Notes: generated from the sequence alone by a model not told the origin. Positions 1 through 13,961 are shown, counted from the stretch's first letter. The stretch is DNA of 64,000 nt from Chiloscyllium plagiosum (GCF_004010195.1 NC_057720.1:13049722-13113721); one strand, 5' to 3'. Made by a program: numbers and translations.

Positions 1-132
1 AATCTTGGAGGAGGTGGAGGGCGTGGGTGGTGTCTCGAACGTATGTGGGGAATTCCTGGACTAGGGGGTATAGGACAGTGTCGAGGTAGGTAGAGATGAG
101 TTCAGTGGGGCAGGAGCATGCTGAGACAATGG
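1..132 (-). mobile_element. Penelope-like element reverse transcriptase fragment (continues off the window)
   Basis: Minus-strand translation PIVSACSCPTELISTYLDTVLYPLVQEFPTYVRDTTHALHLLQD resembles the RPIVS...TYVRDT region of PLE reverse transcriptases. Confidence 0.75.
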
Positions 133-1366
133 TTAAAGCTAATACTAGTAACTGATACCCCAAACATTTTTCTTCCAAGGTGGTGGTGGAGTAGGATGCT
201 CCAGTCAGAGGTTGTATGCTCCATCCGTTTTTTTCTTTTCTCTTTTGTCTTTTTCCTCTTCTGCCAGAGGACCAGAGCGAAGTGAGAATGACCAGCAGAG
301 CCCAGCGTGAAGATGGATACTGGCTGGGAGGAGCTTGGTGAGAAAGACTGTAGTCGTTTTAATTTATTTTTTATTTTCCCAACTTATTCTATGTATATCT
401 GTAATGTAGTGTAATTTATTTTCTTGTTTTACTACTTTCTGTACCTAAGATACGTACCTCGGTACTTTATATCTACTTTATATCTGGCACCACGTGTTAG
501 TAACATTGAACGCTTTTCACTGTACTCCTGTTCTTTTGGAACTTGAGTATATATGACAAGAAAGCTAATTGTAGTTCTAATTCTAAACCGTAGAGAATAT
601 ACATTAATGTCTGTTATGCCAAAATCAAATGTTGCAAGTTGTTGCTGTCAAAATAAAACTGGTGTTTTAATGTCAGTTGAACATAGATTTATGTTATTGA
701 CCCAATAGCTGGCTGGGCAGCATGGTAATTCCCAGTCTGCAATTTGTTCCAAGATTTTTGGATAAACATCAGTACATGATCAACATTCAGTGGATCTTTT
801 TAAAGGTTGGATCAACAGCTGTGTCCAAATGGAAGACTTGAGTCAGCTTTGAGGGGAGTCAGGGTCACAATTCTTTGTAATCTATTTACTGGACAGTCCA
901 GACTTGCTATTTATGGGTTATATTTAGCAGTTGCCATTCAATCTGCCAGTCTATCCAAAGTTCAATCAGAGGTTCAGTATCAGTATTTTGTCAGACAAAG
1001 AATGAGCAACTTAGTTTCAAGAATGATTTTACACTGAAGCAATACTTTGATTTTAAAAATTCTTATCCTTTTTTCAATAAATCCCTCCATATTCTTACTC
1101 TGTCAGTTCTCCAGCCCTACAACATTTAGATTTCTGCATTCCACTAATTCTGGTCTTTAGTGGATCATCAATTTTAATTATGTCATCACCAGCAGCCTCA
1201 CCCTCAGCTGCCAAGCCCCTGGAATTCCCTCGCTAAACCTCTCCAACTGTCTCCCTCCCTTCCCTCCTTTAACACATTTCTTAAAACTTATGCCCTTGAC
1301 CAAGCATTTGCTCACCTGCTCTAAGATCTCCTTAATGTCTCAGTGTCAAAATTGCTTTGCAAAGCT

Positions 1367-2205
1367 CCACAAAGTGGAGGGCTGCAATGGGGTATTGACA
1401 GGATGTAGAGCTGGGCTGAGAAGTGGCAGATGGAATTCAACCTGGAAAAGTGTGAAGTGATTCACTTTGGAAGGTCAAATTTGAATGCAGAACACAGGGT
1501 TAAAGGCAGGCTTCTTGGCAGTGTGGAGGAACAGCGGGATCTTGGGGTCCATGTTTATAGATCCCTTAAAGTTGCCATCCAAGTTGATAAGAGTTGTTAA
1601 GAAGGCATAAGGTATGTTGGTTTCCATTAGCAGGAGATTTGAGTTTAAGAGCCACGAGGTTATGCTGCAGCACTATAAAGCCCTGGTCAGACCACACTTG
1701 AAATATTGTGTTTAGTTCTGTTTGCCTCATTATAGGAAGGATGTGGAAGCTTTAGAGATTTACCAGGATGCTGCCTGGACTGGAGGGCATGTCTTATGAA
1801 GAAAAGTTGAGGGAGCCAGGGCTTTTCTCACTGGAGCGAAGAAGGATGAGAGGTAACTTGACAGAGGTGTACAAGATGATGAGAGGCATAGAGTGGATAG
1901 CCAGAGACTTTTTCCCCAGAGTGGAAATGACTATCACGAGGGGGCATACTTTTAAAGTGATTGGAGGAAGGTTTAGGGGAGATGTCAGAGATAGGTTCTT
2001 TACTCAGAGAATGGTGGGTGTGTGGAATGCACTGAGCAGCAGTGGTAGTAGAGTCAGACATATTAGGGACATTTAAGCGACTCTTGGGTAGGCACATGGA
2101 TGATGATAAAATGAAGGGTATGTAGGTTATTTTGATCTTAGAGTAGGATAAAAGGTTGGCACAACACTGAGGACCGAAGGGCCTGCACTGTGCTGTACTG
2201 TCCTA
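1367..2205 (+). mobile_element. CR1 LINE, 5'-truncated 3' end (RT C-terminus and 3' UTR)
   Basis: Translates to CR1 motifs WQMEFNLEKCEVIHFG, LVRPHLKYCV, LFSLERRRMRGNLTEVYKMM and RFFTQRMVGVWNAL; ends in the CR1-type tail gaagggcctg...tgtgctgtactgt. Confidence 0.85.
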
Positions 2206-3639
2206 TCCTGACCTATCCAGAATCTGGTTTCCAGTCATTGTTTTTACCTGTACTGTCCTATGTTCAATTAAAGTGTCTTATTAGATTAAAAGAGATAAAT
2301 AAATACACATTGTCATTGGTATACGTGTACTTCTTGTTTAACAAGTATAACCTGTGCAGTGAAAGCTGCTTCATAAAGAGAAGAGTAGACCTTACGTGAG
2401 AAAGACATTGGTGAGGAGACACAAAGCTGACACCAGAGAGCTCCCTTCAACTGGTTTCAACCTTCCAGAGCGCAATATTACAGGATCACAGGGAGATAAC
2501 TGGTGGGTATTATTTTGATTAGGCAAGTAGTTTAAATCAAGATGTTATTGCATAAGAACAGTACAGTTAAGAAATTCACATTTAAAATATTTATCAACCA
2601 AATTAATTATTTAAATAGAATAGTGATGGCTGGGCAGATGATGTGCTGCAGCTGAAGAATGTGGGTGCTGGTGGATACCATTGTGATCCACAGGGACAAC
2701 ATCTGCAGCATGTGTTGGCTACTCATGAAGTTCGACTCAGGGATGATGAGCTTGAGACTGAGCAGCAGACACCGCACTACACTGGGGAGGAATGGGGATG
2801 CCAGACACTGTGTTTCAGAGGTAGTTACACTCTTTACATTAGCTCTATCAAATCTGGTCCATGGTTAGGGTCAGGAGCAAATGACTGCATGTCAGGCAGG
2901 TATGGGAATCCAGAGTTTAGCTATGAGGGAGTCTCAGCCAGTTCCCCTGTCCAATAAGTACAAACTTCTTGCTCTTGATGTGGATAGGGGCATAAACCTT
3001 AGGGAGGATGAACGAAAGGACCACTGACGTGGTCCAGAATGATATTCAAGTTGGGGTGGTGTGTGAAAATAAACCTGGTTGTAATAGGAGATAGCCCAGC
3101 TGAGGGAGCAGACACTGTGCTCTGCAAAAATAGAGTCCCAAAGGATATGGTTCCTTACGGTAAGGTTCGAAACATCACTTTTTGGCTGGAGAAGAACCTG
3201 AAATGGGAAGGGAAGGATCTAGTTGCCGTGGTTCAGGTAGATACAACAACAGAGCTAGGATGAGGATAAAGGTTTAGTTGAGATGTTATGAGCAAGTCAG
3301 AGCTAAATGACAAATCAGAACCACAGAGGTTATAATGTTCAGGTTCCTGCCTGACAGCCAGGTGCAAATTAGTGTAGGATAAATGAAATGGTTCAAAGAT
3401 TGGTGTGGGGAAAATGGGTTCTGATGTATGGGCACTGCCACCAGTACTGGGGAAAGAGTGCTATTCCATTTGAATAGGTTTCATTTGAACCAGCATTGTA
3501 TATTTAGGCTTGTAGATAAGGCTTTAAACTAACTGGGGAGAGTGGACTGAGTGCAGAATGGTTCAACTGAGGGACGTTCAAAAAGGAAATAAGAGAGCAG
3601 TGTGAAGAGGTGAACAATAATCAAAATTCTGACTTGATT

Positions 3640-3915
3640 TATTATTGTCATGTTTTGTTTTGTCTGCAGTACAGGCTGATCATAACATACAAAGATCATA
3701 AGGTGATTGAACAGACAAGGAATGCAAAGTTACGGCTGCTGAGAAAGTCTAGAAAAAGCAAGATCAATATTAGATTTGAAATTTGAGAAGTCCATTCAGA
3801 AAGGTAATAACAGCAGGGAAGAAGCTGTTCTTGAACTTGTTGGTACGTGTGTTTAAGGTTTTGTATTTTCTATCTGATAGAAGAGGTTGGAAGAGATTAT
3901 ATCCAGGATGGGAGA
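3640..3915 (-). mobile_element. Rex1/Babar-like LINE 3' end
   Basis: Minus ORF contains RKYKTLNTRTNKFKNSFFPAVITFLN, a typical Rex1/Babar RT C-terminus; related copies near 20290 and 41130. Confidence 0.6.
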
Positions 3916-4090
3916 GGTAGAAAATGTATATGGAAGAATGTAGCAAAAACTTTGAAGCAAAACAAGTATTAATGGTTAAAAAATCAAGTTTAAGGCTCTT
4001 TATTTGAATACACAGCATTTGTAACAAGGGAGATGACTTCGATGGCACAAATAGATATAAGTGAATATAACTTGAAAGCTATTATAGATA

Positions 4091-4278
4091 GGAGAAAGTG
4101 AGGATTGCAGATGCTGGAGATCAGAGTTGAGAGGGTGGTGCTGGAAAAGCACAGTAGGTCAGGCAGCATCCAAGGAGCAGGAGAATTGACATTTCGGGCA
4201 AGGGCCCTTCATCAGGAACCTGCTCCTCGGTTGCTGCCTGACCTGCTGTGCTTTTCCAGCACCACATTCTCGACAGCA
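4091..4278. mobile_element. Penelope-like terminal fold-back mini-insertion with hammerhead motif
   Basis: Inverted arms (ctggaaaagcacag...caggcagcatcc / tgctgcctgacctgctgtgcttttccag); direct repeat attatagata at 4081-4090 and 4279-4288; minus-strand CTGATGA-AGGGC-CCTT-GCCC-GAAA-TGTC at 4188-4215. Confidence 0.7.
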
Positions 4279-5766
4279 ATTATAGATATGTGAAGAAGGG
4301 TAACCAAAACTGGGAACTCAATATTCAAGAGTACTTGACATTCTGGAGGAATAATCAAAAAGGTAAGGGAAGTCTGGTAGCTTTATTAATAAAGGAGTGT
4401 TCAGTGTGCTGGTGACTAGTGATGTAGGTACAATAGATTATGATGTGGAATCAGTTTGGGTGGAAGTAAGGAAAAACAAGGGAAAGAAATTACATGTGGG
4501 AGTTGTCTATTCATCCTGAAGAGTGAAACAATTTCCTAGCATCCACCTTTTCCAAGCCATGTATTATTTTGTACGTCTCTATTAAGTCTCCCCTTAATCT
4601 TCTAAACTCAGAAAGAAATTACATGTGGGAGTTGTCTATTCATCCTGAAGAGTTGTCTCACTGTGAGACAAAGTATAAATTGGGAAATAATGGAGGCATG
4701 TGAAAAGGACACCACAATTGTCATGGATGATTTTAATCTGCATTTTGGTTGGATACATTGGATGGACAAGGGTAACATGGATAAGGAGTTTGTAGAGTAC
4801 ATCAGGGATTGTTTCTTAGAGTGGTACATTGCAGAACCTTCCCAGGAATAGGTCATTTTAGATCCAGTACTGTGTAACGAGATAGGATTATTAAGAGCTC
4901 TCATAAATAATGATTCTTGGGGGTGTAGCAATCACAACATGATAGAATTTCAAATTCAGTTTGAAGAAAAGCAACTCAGGTCTCAAACCTTTGTCCTTAA
5001 CTTAAAAAAGGGTGATTACAGAGGTGTGAAAAAAAAAGAGTTGTCAATAGCAGGCTGGGGAAATAGATTGAAGAGAAAGGTGGTGGATGATCAGGGAGCA
5101 TTTAGGCAGATATTTCGTAATGTTTAGCAAACATTTATTCCAGTCAGAAAAAAGGACTGAATGAGAAGGATGGTCAAGGAGAGAATCCAATCAAAAATGA
5201 CAGTATGCACATTAGTGAAAACTTATGGTAGGCTAGAGGATTGGGAACATTTTAGGCAATAGTAGTGGATGATTAAAAAGGTAAGAAAGAAGGAGAAAAT
5301 GGATTAGCAAGAAATATTTGAACTTCTATGGGTAAATAATAATGGAGTAGCTAAAGTGTTTGTGGGATCATGGTGGGAATTAATAATGGGGATCAGGAAA
5401 ATGGCACAAAATTCGAGTAATTTGTCTCCACAATGGAGGACATGCTAAAACCCCCAAAGATAACAGATAAGTAAGGTGCTGAGGGAGGGAAGAAAAATAT
5501 TGTAACAGTCCCTACCACATGGGACAAAGTATTTGACAAACTGACAGGACTAAAGCAGAGAAGTCACCAGGACCTCATAGCCCACGTCCATTGTTTTTAA
5601 AGGAAGAGGCTGTAGAGATAGTGGTGGCATTGGTCAAAATATTCCAAAAACTCATCCCAGGAGAGTTCCAGTGTGTTAGAAATCCATTAACATGATACTC
5701 CTGTTCATGAAGAGAGAGAAACAGAAAGCAGGAAACTAGAGACCAATTAGCCAAACATTGATCATT

Positions 5767-6101
5767 GGGCAGCACAGTGGCTCAGTGGTTCGCATTGCTG
5801 CCTCACAGCGGCAGGGACCCAGGTTCAATTCCAACCTCAAGCGACTGTCTGTATGGAGTTTGCACATTCTCCCCGTGTCTGCGTGGGTTTGCTCCGGTTT
5901 CCTCTCACAGTCCAAAGATGGGCAGATTGGGTGAACTGGCCATGCTAAATTGCCCATAGTATTCAGGGATGTATAGGTTAGGGGCATTAGTAAGGGGTAA
6001 ATGTAGAGGAATGGGTCTAAGTGGGTTCCTCTTCGGAGGGTCAGTGTGGACTTGTTGGGCCAAAGGGCCTGTTTCCACACTGTAGGGAATCCAATCTAAT
6101 C
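5767..6101 (+). mobile_element. tRNA-derived SINE (HE1/V-SINE-like)
   Basis: Pol III A box TGGCTCAGTGG (5778-5788), B box GGTTCAATTCC (5822-5832), central TGGAGTTTGCACATTCTCCCCGTGTCTGCGTGGGTTT core, and CR1-like 3' tail GGGCCTGTTTCCACACTGTA. Confidence 0.85.
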
Positions 6102-6744
6102 AAAATGCTGGAGTCCCTTATTAAGGATGAAACAGCAGGATATTTAAATAAAAACATTTAAACAGAATCAACACAGTTTTTTTTGTTTGTCAAATTTGCT
6201 AGAGTTCTTTGAGGTTATGGCAAACAGAGTTTATAAAAGAAAACTGGTGGATTAGTGTATTTGGGTTTTTAGGTGGCACTTGATAAGATGCCACATAAAA
6301 GTCATGGCAGAGGGAATTGAGGGTCACATATTAACATGAATTGAGGATCGATTGATTAACACTCAGAAGACAGAGTTGGGATTAATGAGTTTTTTCAGGT
6401 TGGAAAAATATAACTAGTGGAGTGCCACAAGGATCAAGCTTAGGGTCTCAATTATTTACTATCTATATTAATGACTTGGAGGAGGGGGAAGAGTATAATG
6501 TATTCTAATTTGATGACAGTACAACAATAGGTGGGAGGCCATATTGTGATGAGGATATAAGGAATCTCTAAGGGGATATAGCTGGGTTTGAGTGAAGAGG
6601 CAAAAGCCTGGCAGATGGAGTTTAGAGTAGGAAAATATACAGACTCATAAACAAACAGAGAGAGACTCCAAAGCATGCAGCATGGAAGAAACTAGTGCAT
6701 GAAGTGTATAATTAATAAAGCAAATGGAATCTTTATTGCTGAGA

Positions 6745-6865
6745 GAAAGTGAGGACTGCAGATGCTGGGGATCAGAGCTTAAAAATGTGTTGCTGGAAAC
6801 GTCAATTCTCCTTCTCCTTTGATGCTGCCTGACCTGCTGCGCTTTTCCAGCAACACATTTTTAAG
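6745..6865. mobile_element. Penelope-like terminal fold-back mini-insertion
   Basis: Inverted arms agcttaaaaatgtgttgctggaaa / tttccagcaacacatttttaagct; duplication ctttattgctgaga at about 6731-6744 and 6866-6879. Confidence 0.7.
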
Positions 6866-7759
6866 CTTTATTGCTGAGAGTTGGAAGTTTAAAAATCAGG
6901 AAGTCTTGTTACAACTCTGTGGAGTGTTGGTGAGGTCAAACCTGGAGTACTGTGTATCATTTTGGTCCCTGTATTTTGCATAAGGAGATGTAGGAATTGG
7001 AGATTCTCAAAAAAAAGATTCACTCAGTTGATTCTTGAGATCTCGGTGTTGGCTGACCAAATAGAACTGAAGGTTAGGCGTTTATTCATGAGAATTTTGA
7101 AGAATTCTCTATCCCAGAGGGTTGTGGAGGTTAGATTACTGTAAGTATTGGAGACCATTGAGGGTCATGAGGAGCTGGCTTGAAAGAGGAGTTAAGACCA
7201 AGAGCAGATCAGACATTGTCTTATTAAATGGCCTAAATTTGCACCAATTTCTTTTTAATTCATTTTTGCGATTTGGGTGTCACTGGCTGGATGAGCATTT
7301 ATTGCCTTTTCCGAGTTGCCCTTGAGAAGGTGATGGTGAACTGTAGTCCACCTGCTGTGGGTTGTTGTGGCCATCAGGGAGGGAATTCCAGAATTTTGAC
7401 CCAGTGACAGCGAATATATTTCAAAGTCAGGATGCTGATTGGCTTGGAGGGGAACTTGTCCTTTTAGATGGAAATGGTTGTGGGTTTGGAAGGTGCTGTC
7501 TGAGGATCTTTGGTGAACTTCTGCAGTGCATCTTGTAGATGGTGCACACTGTTGCTGAATGTCAATGGTGAAGGGAGTAGATGTTCCCTCAACCATCGAT
7601 GCTCAGTAGCAGGAGTGTGTACAATCTACAAGATGCACTGAAGAAATTGTGTTCTTAAAAAAAGTGCAACATGGCCAAAGTTGTCAATGAGAGGATGAGG
7701 AAAGGAGGTAGATACTTCTTTCATTTTCTTACTTTGTCAGTCTTCAGGAGAGCATGACT

Positions 7760-8530
7760 TGAAAACCTGCATGAAAAGAAGTGGGGAAACAGCAGGAGTT
7801 CAACTTATGAAACCTCACTCCCAAACTGTAAACAAATAAAAATCGAGGCAACATCACAGGGACACGGAACTGATCAATTGGTTATTACCCTGCTCGCCTT
7901 AATTTTTTTAAAGCTCAGGAAATGTATTGATAGTAGAGGCATTAGAACATATTGGGAATACTAAGGCTGATTAAATCTAATTTATTAATAAAAATATATT
8001 AATTAATACACAATAAAGAGGACAGAGCAGGTAATATGTTGCTATTGTGGGAGATGGGAGCTCCTGCATGCCAGTATGGTCCATGATAAATATGCCTGTG
8101 TCATGAGAAACTTTGGCTCAGAGTTTATGAGCTGGGTGCTCAGCTGTGCACAGTGAGATGGCTTAAGGGGAGTTCAAGCTACATGAATGCTATGTTCCAG
8201 GAGGTGGTCACATCTCTTGGGATAGGACACAGTCTTCTGATTTTGCCTATGGTAAGGGTCAGGAGGGTGTACTTGTGAGTGAGGCAGGTGTAGGTGACCC
8301 AGGAGAAAGAGAAACAACAGCATTCAGGATTGTCCAATAGACACTTCCAGCTTGACTGGCTGAGAGTGGATTAGCAAACTGATCAAGGCACCCAGGTACC
8401 CTGTCAATCAAGTGAGGAGAGCAAAAGGGAATGTGGTGGTGAGAGGGACAAGATAATGAAGGGAATTGACACTGCTCCCTGCAGCAAAGAGGAAGAGAAG
8501 GCTGTGTTGCCTGCTTGATGCCAAGAATGT
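7760..8530 (+). mobile_element. Decayed CR1 5' UTR/ORF1 fragment
   Basis: Similar to the CR1 5' region at 2380-3100 (AT-rich UTR followed by a Cys-rich ORF1 start); heavily mutated. Confidence 0.5.
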
Positions 8531-8616
8531 ACTTTGCTGTACTCTCACAACTGTCACTTCTCACTGTGATATCGTGCTAAAAATCAAGCCATAAAAATCA
8601 TCACGTATGTTAAAAA

Positions 8617-9459
8617 TGTTACAGACATATGTAAAACTCCCCAATTTATCTGTGAATTTTTTTAAGACTCAGTTGACAAGATACATAGTCAAGGTTTCTG
8701 TACTTAAATAGATTCAAGCTATAGATAAACAGTTATAAATAGTTGACAAATAACTTTTACTAGTTTAAATACCAACTCCCTTTTAAAACTTCCCCTTACA
8801 CACACAGACAGACAGAAGAAAAAAGAAACATCGGTGTTATGGGTGAAGGGATAAACTGGAAAGCTGTTCAATGGTCCCTGTGCACAGGGTTCACTGAGTT
8901 GATTCTTTTGGATTGCCAGGATTTGCTGTTCAACACTCTCGCTTCTCCAGATATTTTAATTTGCCTGCAGGAGGCACAGAGCAACTAGCTCACAATTGAA
9001 AGTTTCTGTTTTTACCAATAAGTCAATAGCTTACAGCAACTCGTGATGGGAAATAAACAGGCATTTTTCAGGCTTTACTACACATTCAAAGACAGCACCT
9101 TTCTTTCCAAAGGTGGAAAACGTCTGGGTAGTATTTATTTACACCCACGAGCTGTTCAGCTATATAGAAGCCAATTACATTGCTGTTGTCAGGCAGAAAG
9201 CCTGGTCATTGATAACTAGTCACAACTTCACAGACTAATCAGCTACTTGTTGCCTGCTAAATCACATTTTGTGAACACTCCTTGGCTCCAGCTCATCTGC
9301 AACTGAACTTTTCCCACTAGTGAACAAACAACAGGGTCAACAGCACTTATAGTAAGTGTTGGGAGCTTGCCTTTAAAAGGTGCAGTAATCCTGGATTTTT
9401 AAAACAGTCCTTCCCCACATTCAAATATACTGAACAAATAAAAAGATAAAGTCATTACA
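8617..9459. mobile_element. Possible solo LTR
   Basis: Segment bounded by TGTTA...TTACA (TG..CA termini) between CR1 pieces; no clear target-site duplication. Confidence 0.3.
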
Positions 9460-10693
9460 CAATATAGCTGGAAAAGTAATTTTGTTTTACTTTGATGACC
9501 AATTAAGTTATCCAGATCATGTTTTGTAAACAGAAACATGTACTAATTAGTTTTCTTCTAAACAGAATTATTGATTTGTCAATACTTGTTCAAAATGGAA
9601 ACAATTTCAGATAACAAATACGGTCAGTTAATATACAAGTACTAACACTTATCCAACTAATACCATTTTGTGTGGCTGTTCTGGAAGATAAGCGAAAAAA
9701 ATTCTCTATACAAAATAACTTTCTTAAAAACACTGTCCAATGAGGTTATTCCTGAAGGCAAAAGGTCAAAGTGAAGGATTTTCTGGAGTGTGTCTACAGC
9801 AAAGCAAGCAGTCATCAACAGTCATGTGATTTCTAATAAATCTTGTTTAAAAAGAATCACCAAACAATTGCAAGGACGGACTCATCACTGGTGGTTAACT
9901 AAAAAAGTTGAAGACCATGTATAACTTAAGGAAAAAGTATATAATTGAACAAAGATGAGTGGCAAGTTAGAAGATTAAGCAGAATTTAGACAAAAGTAGA
10001 GTGACTAAAATAGTAATAGGGCGGGGAAAAGTATAATCTGAAAGAAAACTACCTAGAAATACAAATGATTTGGAGAAGCCGGTGTTGGACTGGGATGTAG
10101 AAGTTAAAAATCCTGGTGTTGTGTGATTTTTGACTTAGAAATACAAAGATAGCTTTTCTATACATATTTCAAAAACAACAAAGTGAATGTTGATTCCATA
10201 GAAACTGACAGTGGGGAATAAATAATAGAAAATAAGGAGCTGGCTGATGTACAGTATTTTGTATCAGACTTCACTGTAGAGTGTAATAGTAATAAATCAG
10301 GAATTAGAAAGGAGGAACTCAGGAAAGTTAGTCACCAGGATATATCACCAAGCAATTTGTTACAGCCCCAAGCGGACAAGTCTATGGGAACTTCATCTGA
10401 GGGTCTTAAATGCAGTGGCTAGTGAGATAGTCAATACATTGCTTGTACTCTTTCCAAATGCCCTAGTTTCAGTAAAGGATGCATTAGACTGGAAAATAGT
10501 GACATACTTCCTTTATTCACCAAGGGGTGGAGAAAGAACTTACAGACCAGTTTGCTGTCATGGGAAAGATGTAAAAAGCAATAAATAGTTGTTATAGTAG
10601 GGCATCTAAAATTCAAGGTAATTAGGCATTGTCAACAAGATTTTGTGAAAAGAAGTAATGTTTGACTATTTGTTAGGATTCTTTGAGGACATA

Positions 10694-12120
10694 ACATAGA
10701 ACATAGAAAAATACAGCGCAGTACAGGCTCTTTGGCCCTCGATGTTGCGCCGATCCAAGCCCACCTAAACTACACTAGCGCACTATCCTCCATATGCCTA
10801 TCCAATGCCCGTTTAAATGCCCATAAAGAAGGAGAGTCCACCACTGCTACTGGCAGGGCATTCCATGAACTCACGACTCGCTGAGTAAAGAATCTACCCC
10901 TAACATCTGTCCTATACCTACCACCCCTTAATTTAAAGCTATGCCCCCTCGTAATAGCTGACTCCATACATGGAAAAAGGTTCTCNNNNNNNNNNNNNNN
11001 NNNNNNNNNNNNNNNNNNNNNNNNNNNNNNNNNNNNNNNNNNNNNNNNNNNNNNNNNNNNNNNNNNNNNNNNNNNNNNNNNNNNNNNNNNNNNNNNNNNN
11101 NNNNNNNNNNNNNNNNNNNNNNNNNNNNNNNNNNNNNNNNNNNNNNNNNNNNNNNNNNNNNNNNNNNNNNNNNNNNNNNNNNNNNNNNNNNNNNNNNNNN
11201 NNNNNNNNNNNNNNNNNNNNNNNNNNNNNNNNNNNNNNNNNNNNNNNNNNNNNNNNNNNNNNNNNNNNNNNNNNNNNNNNNNNNNNNNNNNNNNNNNNNN
11301 NNNNNNNNNNNNNNNNNNNNNNNNNNNNNNNNNNNNNNNNNNNNNNNNNNNNNNNNNNNNNNNNNNNNNNNNNNNNNNNNNNNNNNNNNNNNNNNNNNNN
11401 NNNNNNNNNNNNNNNNNNNNNNNNNNNNNNNNNNNNNNNNNNNNNNNNNNNNNNNNNNNNNNNNNNNNNNNNNNNNNNNNNNNNNNNNNNNNNNNNNNNN
11501 NNNNNNNNNNNNNNNNNNNNNNNNNNNNNNNNNNNNNNNNNNNNNNNNNNNNNNNNNNNNNNNNNNNNNNNNNNNNNNNNNNNNNNNNNNNNNNNNNNNN
11601 NNNNNNNNNNNNNNNNNNNNNNNNNNNNNNNNNNNNNNNNNNNNNNNNNNNNNNNNNNNNNNNNNNNNNNNNNNNNNNNNNNNNNNNNNNNNNNNNNNNN
11701 NNNNNNNNNNNNNNNNNNNNNNNNNNNNNNNNNNNNNNNNNNNNNNNNNNNNNNNNNNNNNNNNNNNNNNNNNNNNNNNNNNNNNNNNNNNNNNNNNNNN
11801 NNNNNNNNNNNNNNNNNNNNNNNNNNNNNNNNNNNNNNNNNNNNNNNNNNNNNNNNNNNNNNNNNNNNNNNNNNNNNNNNNNNNNNNNNNNNNNNNNNNN
11901 NNNNNNNNNNNNNNNNNNNNNNNNNNNNNNNNNNNNNNNNNNNNNNNNNATCAGGCCCAGGGGACTTGTCTATTTTCACCCTTTCCAGATTTCCAACACC
12001 TTTTCCCTACATACCTCAAAGCCGTCCATTCTAATTAATTGTGACTCAATATTCACATCGGCAACAATGTCCTGTTCCTGAGTGAATACTGACGAAAAGT
12101 ATTCATTCAGTGTCTCCCCA
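10694..12120 (-). mobile_element. Younger CR1 LINE spanning the assembly gap
   Basis: Minus ORFs MKIDKSPGPD and TRGHSFKLRGGRYRTDVRGRFFTQRVVSSWNALP; 3' tail repeat acatagaacatagaa near 10694. Confidence 0.8.
10986..11949. other. Assembly gap (964 N)
   Basis: Run of N. Confidence 1.
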
Positions 12121-13961
12121 TGTGCTATGAATAAAGGGGGATTCATCAATGTACTATATTTGGAGTTCCAGAAGGCATTTGTTAAAATGCCACATCAAAG
12201 GTTATTGTGGAAATTAAAAGCTCATGGCTTAGGGGGTAACATGTCAACATGGTTGAAAGATTGTCTATCCAAAAGGAAATATTATATAGCTCATTTTCTG
12301 GTTAGCAAAATGTAATGAAAGGTGTATCACAGGGATCAGTGCTGGGTCCTCAAGTTCTTTTTTATAGTTTATCTAAATGATTTGGATGAAAAACCAAAAA
12401 TATGATTGTTGATGACATGAGAAATGAAGCGGGATCTGGGTGCCATACCGCATGATTCACAAAAAGTTCATTTGTAGATATAATAAGTAATTAGAAAAGC
12501 TAATAAAATGTAATTGTTTATTGTTAAAGGAATTGAATGCAAAAGTTGGAGATTACGCTTCAGTTACAAAGGACATTGATCAGATTACATCTGGACTACT
12601 ATACACAGTATTGATCTCCTTATTTAAGGAAGGATATAAACACACTGGAAGTAGTTCAAAGGAGGTTTACTAGACAAATTCCATGTAAGGTTGTTAAGTT
12701 CGATATGTAGCCACTGGAACTTTGGTGTGACTTGATTGAATCATCAAGATCTGAAACAGGAGTCACTGTTTCACCCATTTAAGATGAAGAAAATGTGTTT
12801 CCCATAGAGGGTCATAAATATTTGTTACTTTCATCCTGAGAAGGTGGTGAAAACAAAGTCTTTGAATATATTTTGAAGTGTCATGATTAAATAACTGACT
12901 GCAATCTCTCACACTCAAACTGTAGTTGTCATGTGAGGTGGTTTGCAGTAATTGACATTAACTTATAAATTAGGAGCAGGAGTAGGTCATTCATGCCCAT
13001 GAGCATGCTCTGCCATTCAATGCAGTCATGGCTGATCTAATTGTGACCACAACTCTACTTGTCTCCCCATGCCTAACAATCTTTGATTGCATTGTTAGTC
13101 CAGACCTCTGCCTTAAATGACCTTTTCCTCCACCTGTTTTTCAAATGAGAGTTTTTGTCCTTCTGAACGTTCTAATCAATAATTTGTGATTTCAGCAAGT
13201 AGATATCCTTTAAAAAGAAACACTTAAAAGATTGCCCTGTAGCAAATGATATTAATATTTCATTGCAAGAACTGCAACTGGAGATCAAAACTGTGCACAG
13301 CATTCCAGATGCAGTTTCCTATCCTCCCTGAAAGACAATAGCCTGAATTGGAAGCGGACTGATTAGTATTCTAAAGTTTTGTGTTTTCATGAATTTCTCC
13401 CTTGAAATAAAACTGTTGTTGGCAAAATTATACTGTGAGCCCATTTCACAAGTAGTCACAGCCTGGTTGAAACTACAGTTTTGCAATCATGAGCATCATT
13501 AATCAGGATTTCAAGTTGTAATATTATTGCTGTAACTCTCTTACCATTGAGATAATCTTGGAAACAATTTCACCTCAATTTCCACAAACATGGGAACTGG
13601 TGAGAAAGAGTGACGGTCTATATCACAGTTCAGTGCTGGTTGATAAAGTCCATTAAGGCCCACAACTAATCGCACTTGAACTGAAATTTTTGTTGGACCA
13701 TTTCAGAAGACAGTTCAGAGTCAACGACATTGCTGTGGGTCTGGAGTGACGTATCGGACAGATCAGGTGAGAATACCAAATTTCCTTCCTAAAAGGACAT
13801 GAGTGAACTAGATGAAATTTTGCAACTGAGTGGAGTTAGGATCACCACCACAGAGAATAATTGAATTGCTACTAATTGACATTTTAAAAAAATAATCACA
13901 GGATAACTGGCTAGGCTAGCATTCATTGTCCATCTCTAATTGCCAGTTAAGAGTTGAGTAT

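Larger units (their letters stand above)
2380..7250 (+). mobile_element. Long decayed CR1 LINE (ORF1 plus endonuclease/RT ORF2) with nested insertions
   Basis: Cys-rich ORF1 start near 2626, esterase-like VVIGDS near 3078, endonuclease motifs (MDDFNLH near 4722, HNMIEFQI near 4933), RT motif SGVPQGS near 6416; many stops and frameshifts; boundaries approximate. Confidence 0.75.
9700..12870 (+). mobile_element. Old decayed CR1 ORF2 interrupted by a younger CR1
   Basis: RT motifs VLYLEFQKAFVKMPHQRLLWKLKAHGLGG (ORF 12082-12315) and GVSQGSVLGP near 12321. Confidence 0.65.

Noticed and set aside
5767..5840. tRNA-like sequence (also near 13962 and 15530-15592)
   Set aside because: These are SINE heads continuing into SINE body and CR1-like tail, not tRNA genes.
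10939..12034. Long 346/354-aa ORFs in the track
   Set aside because: Artefacts of the 964-N assembly gap.
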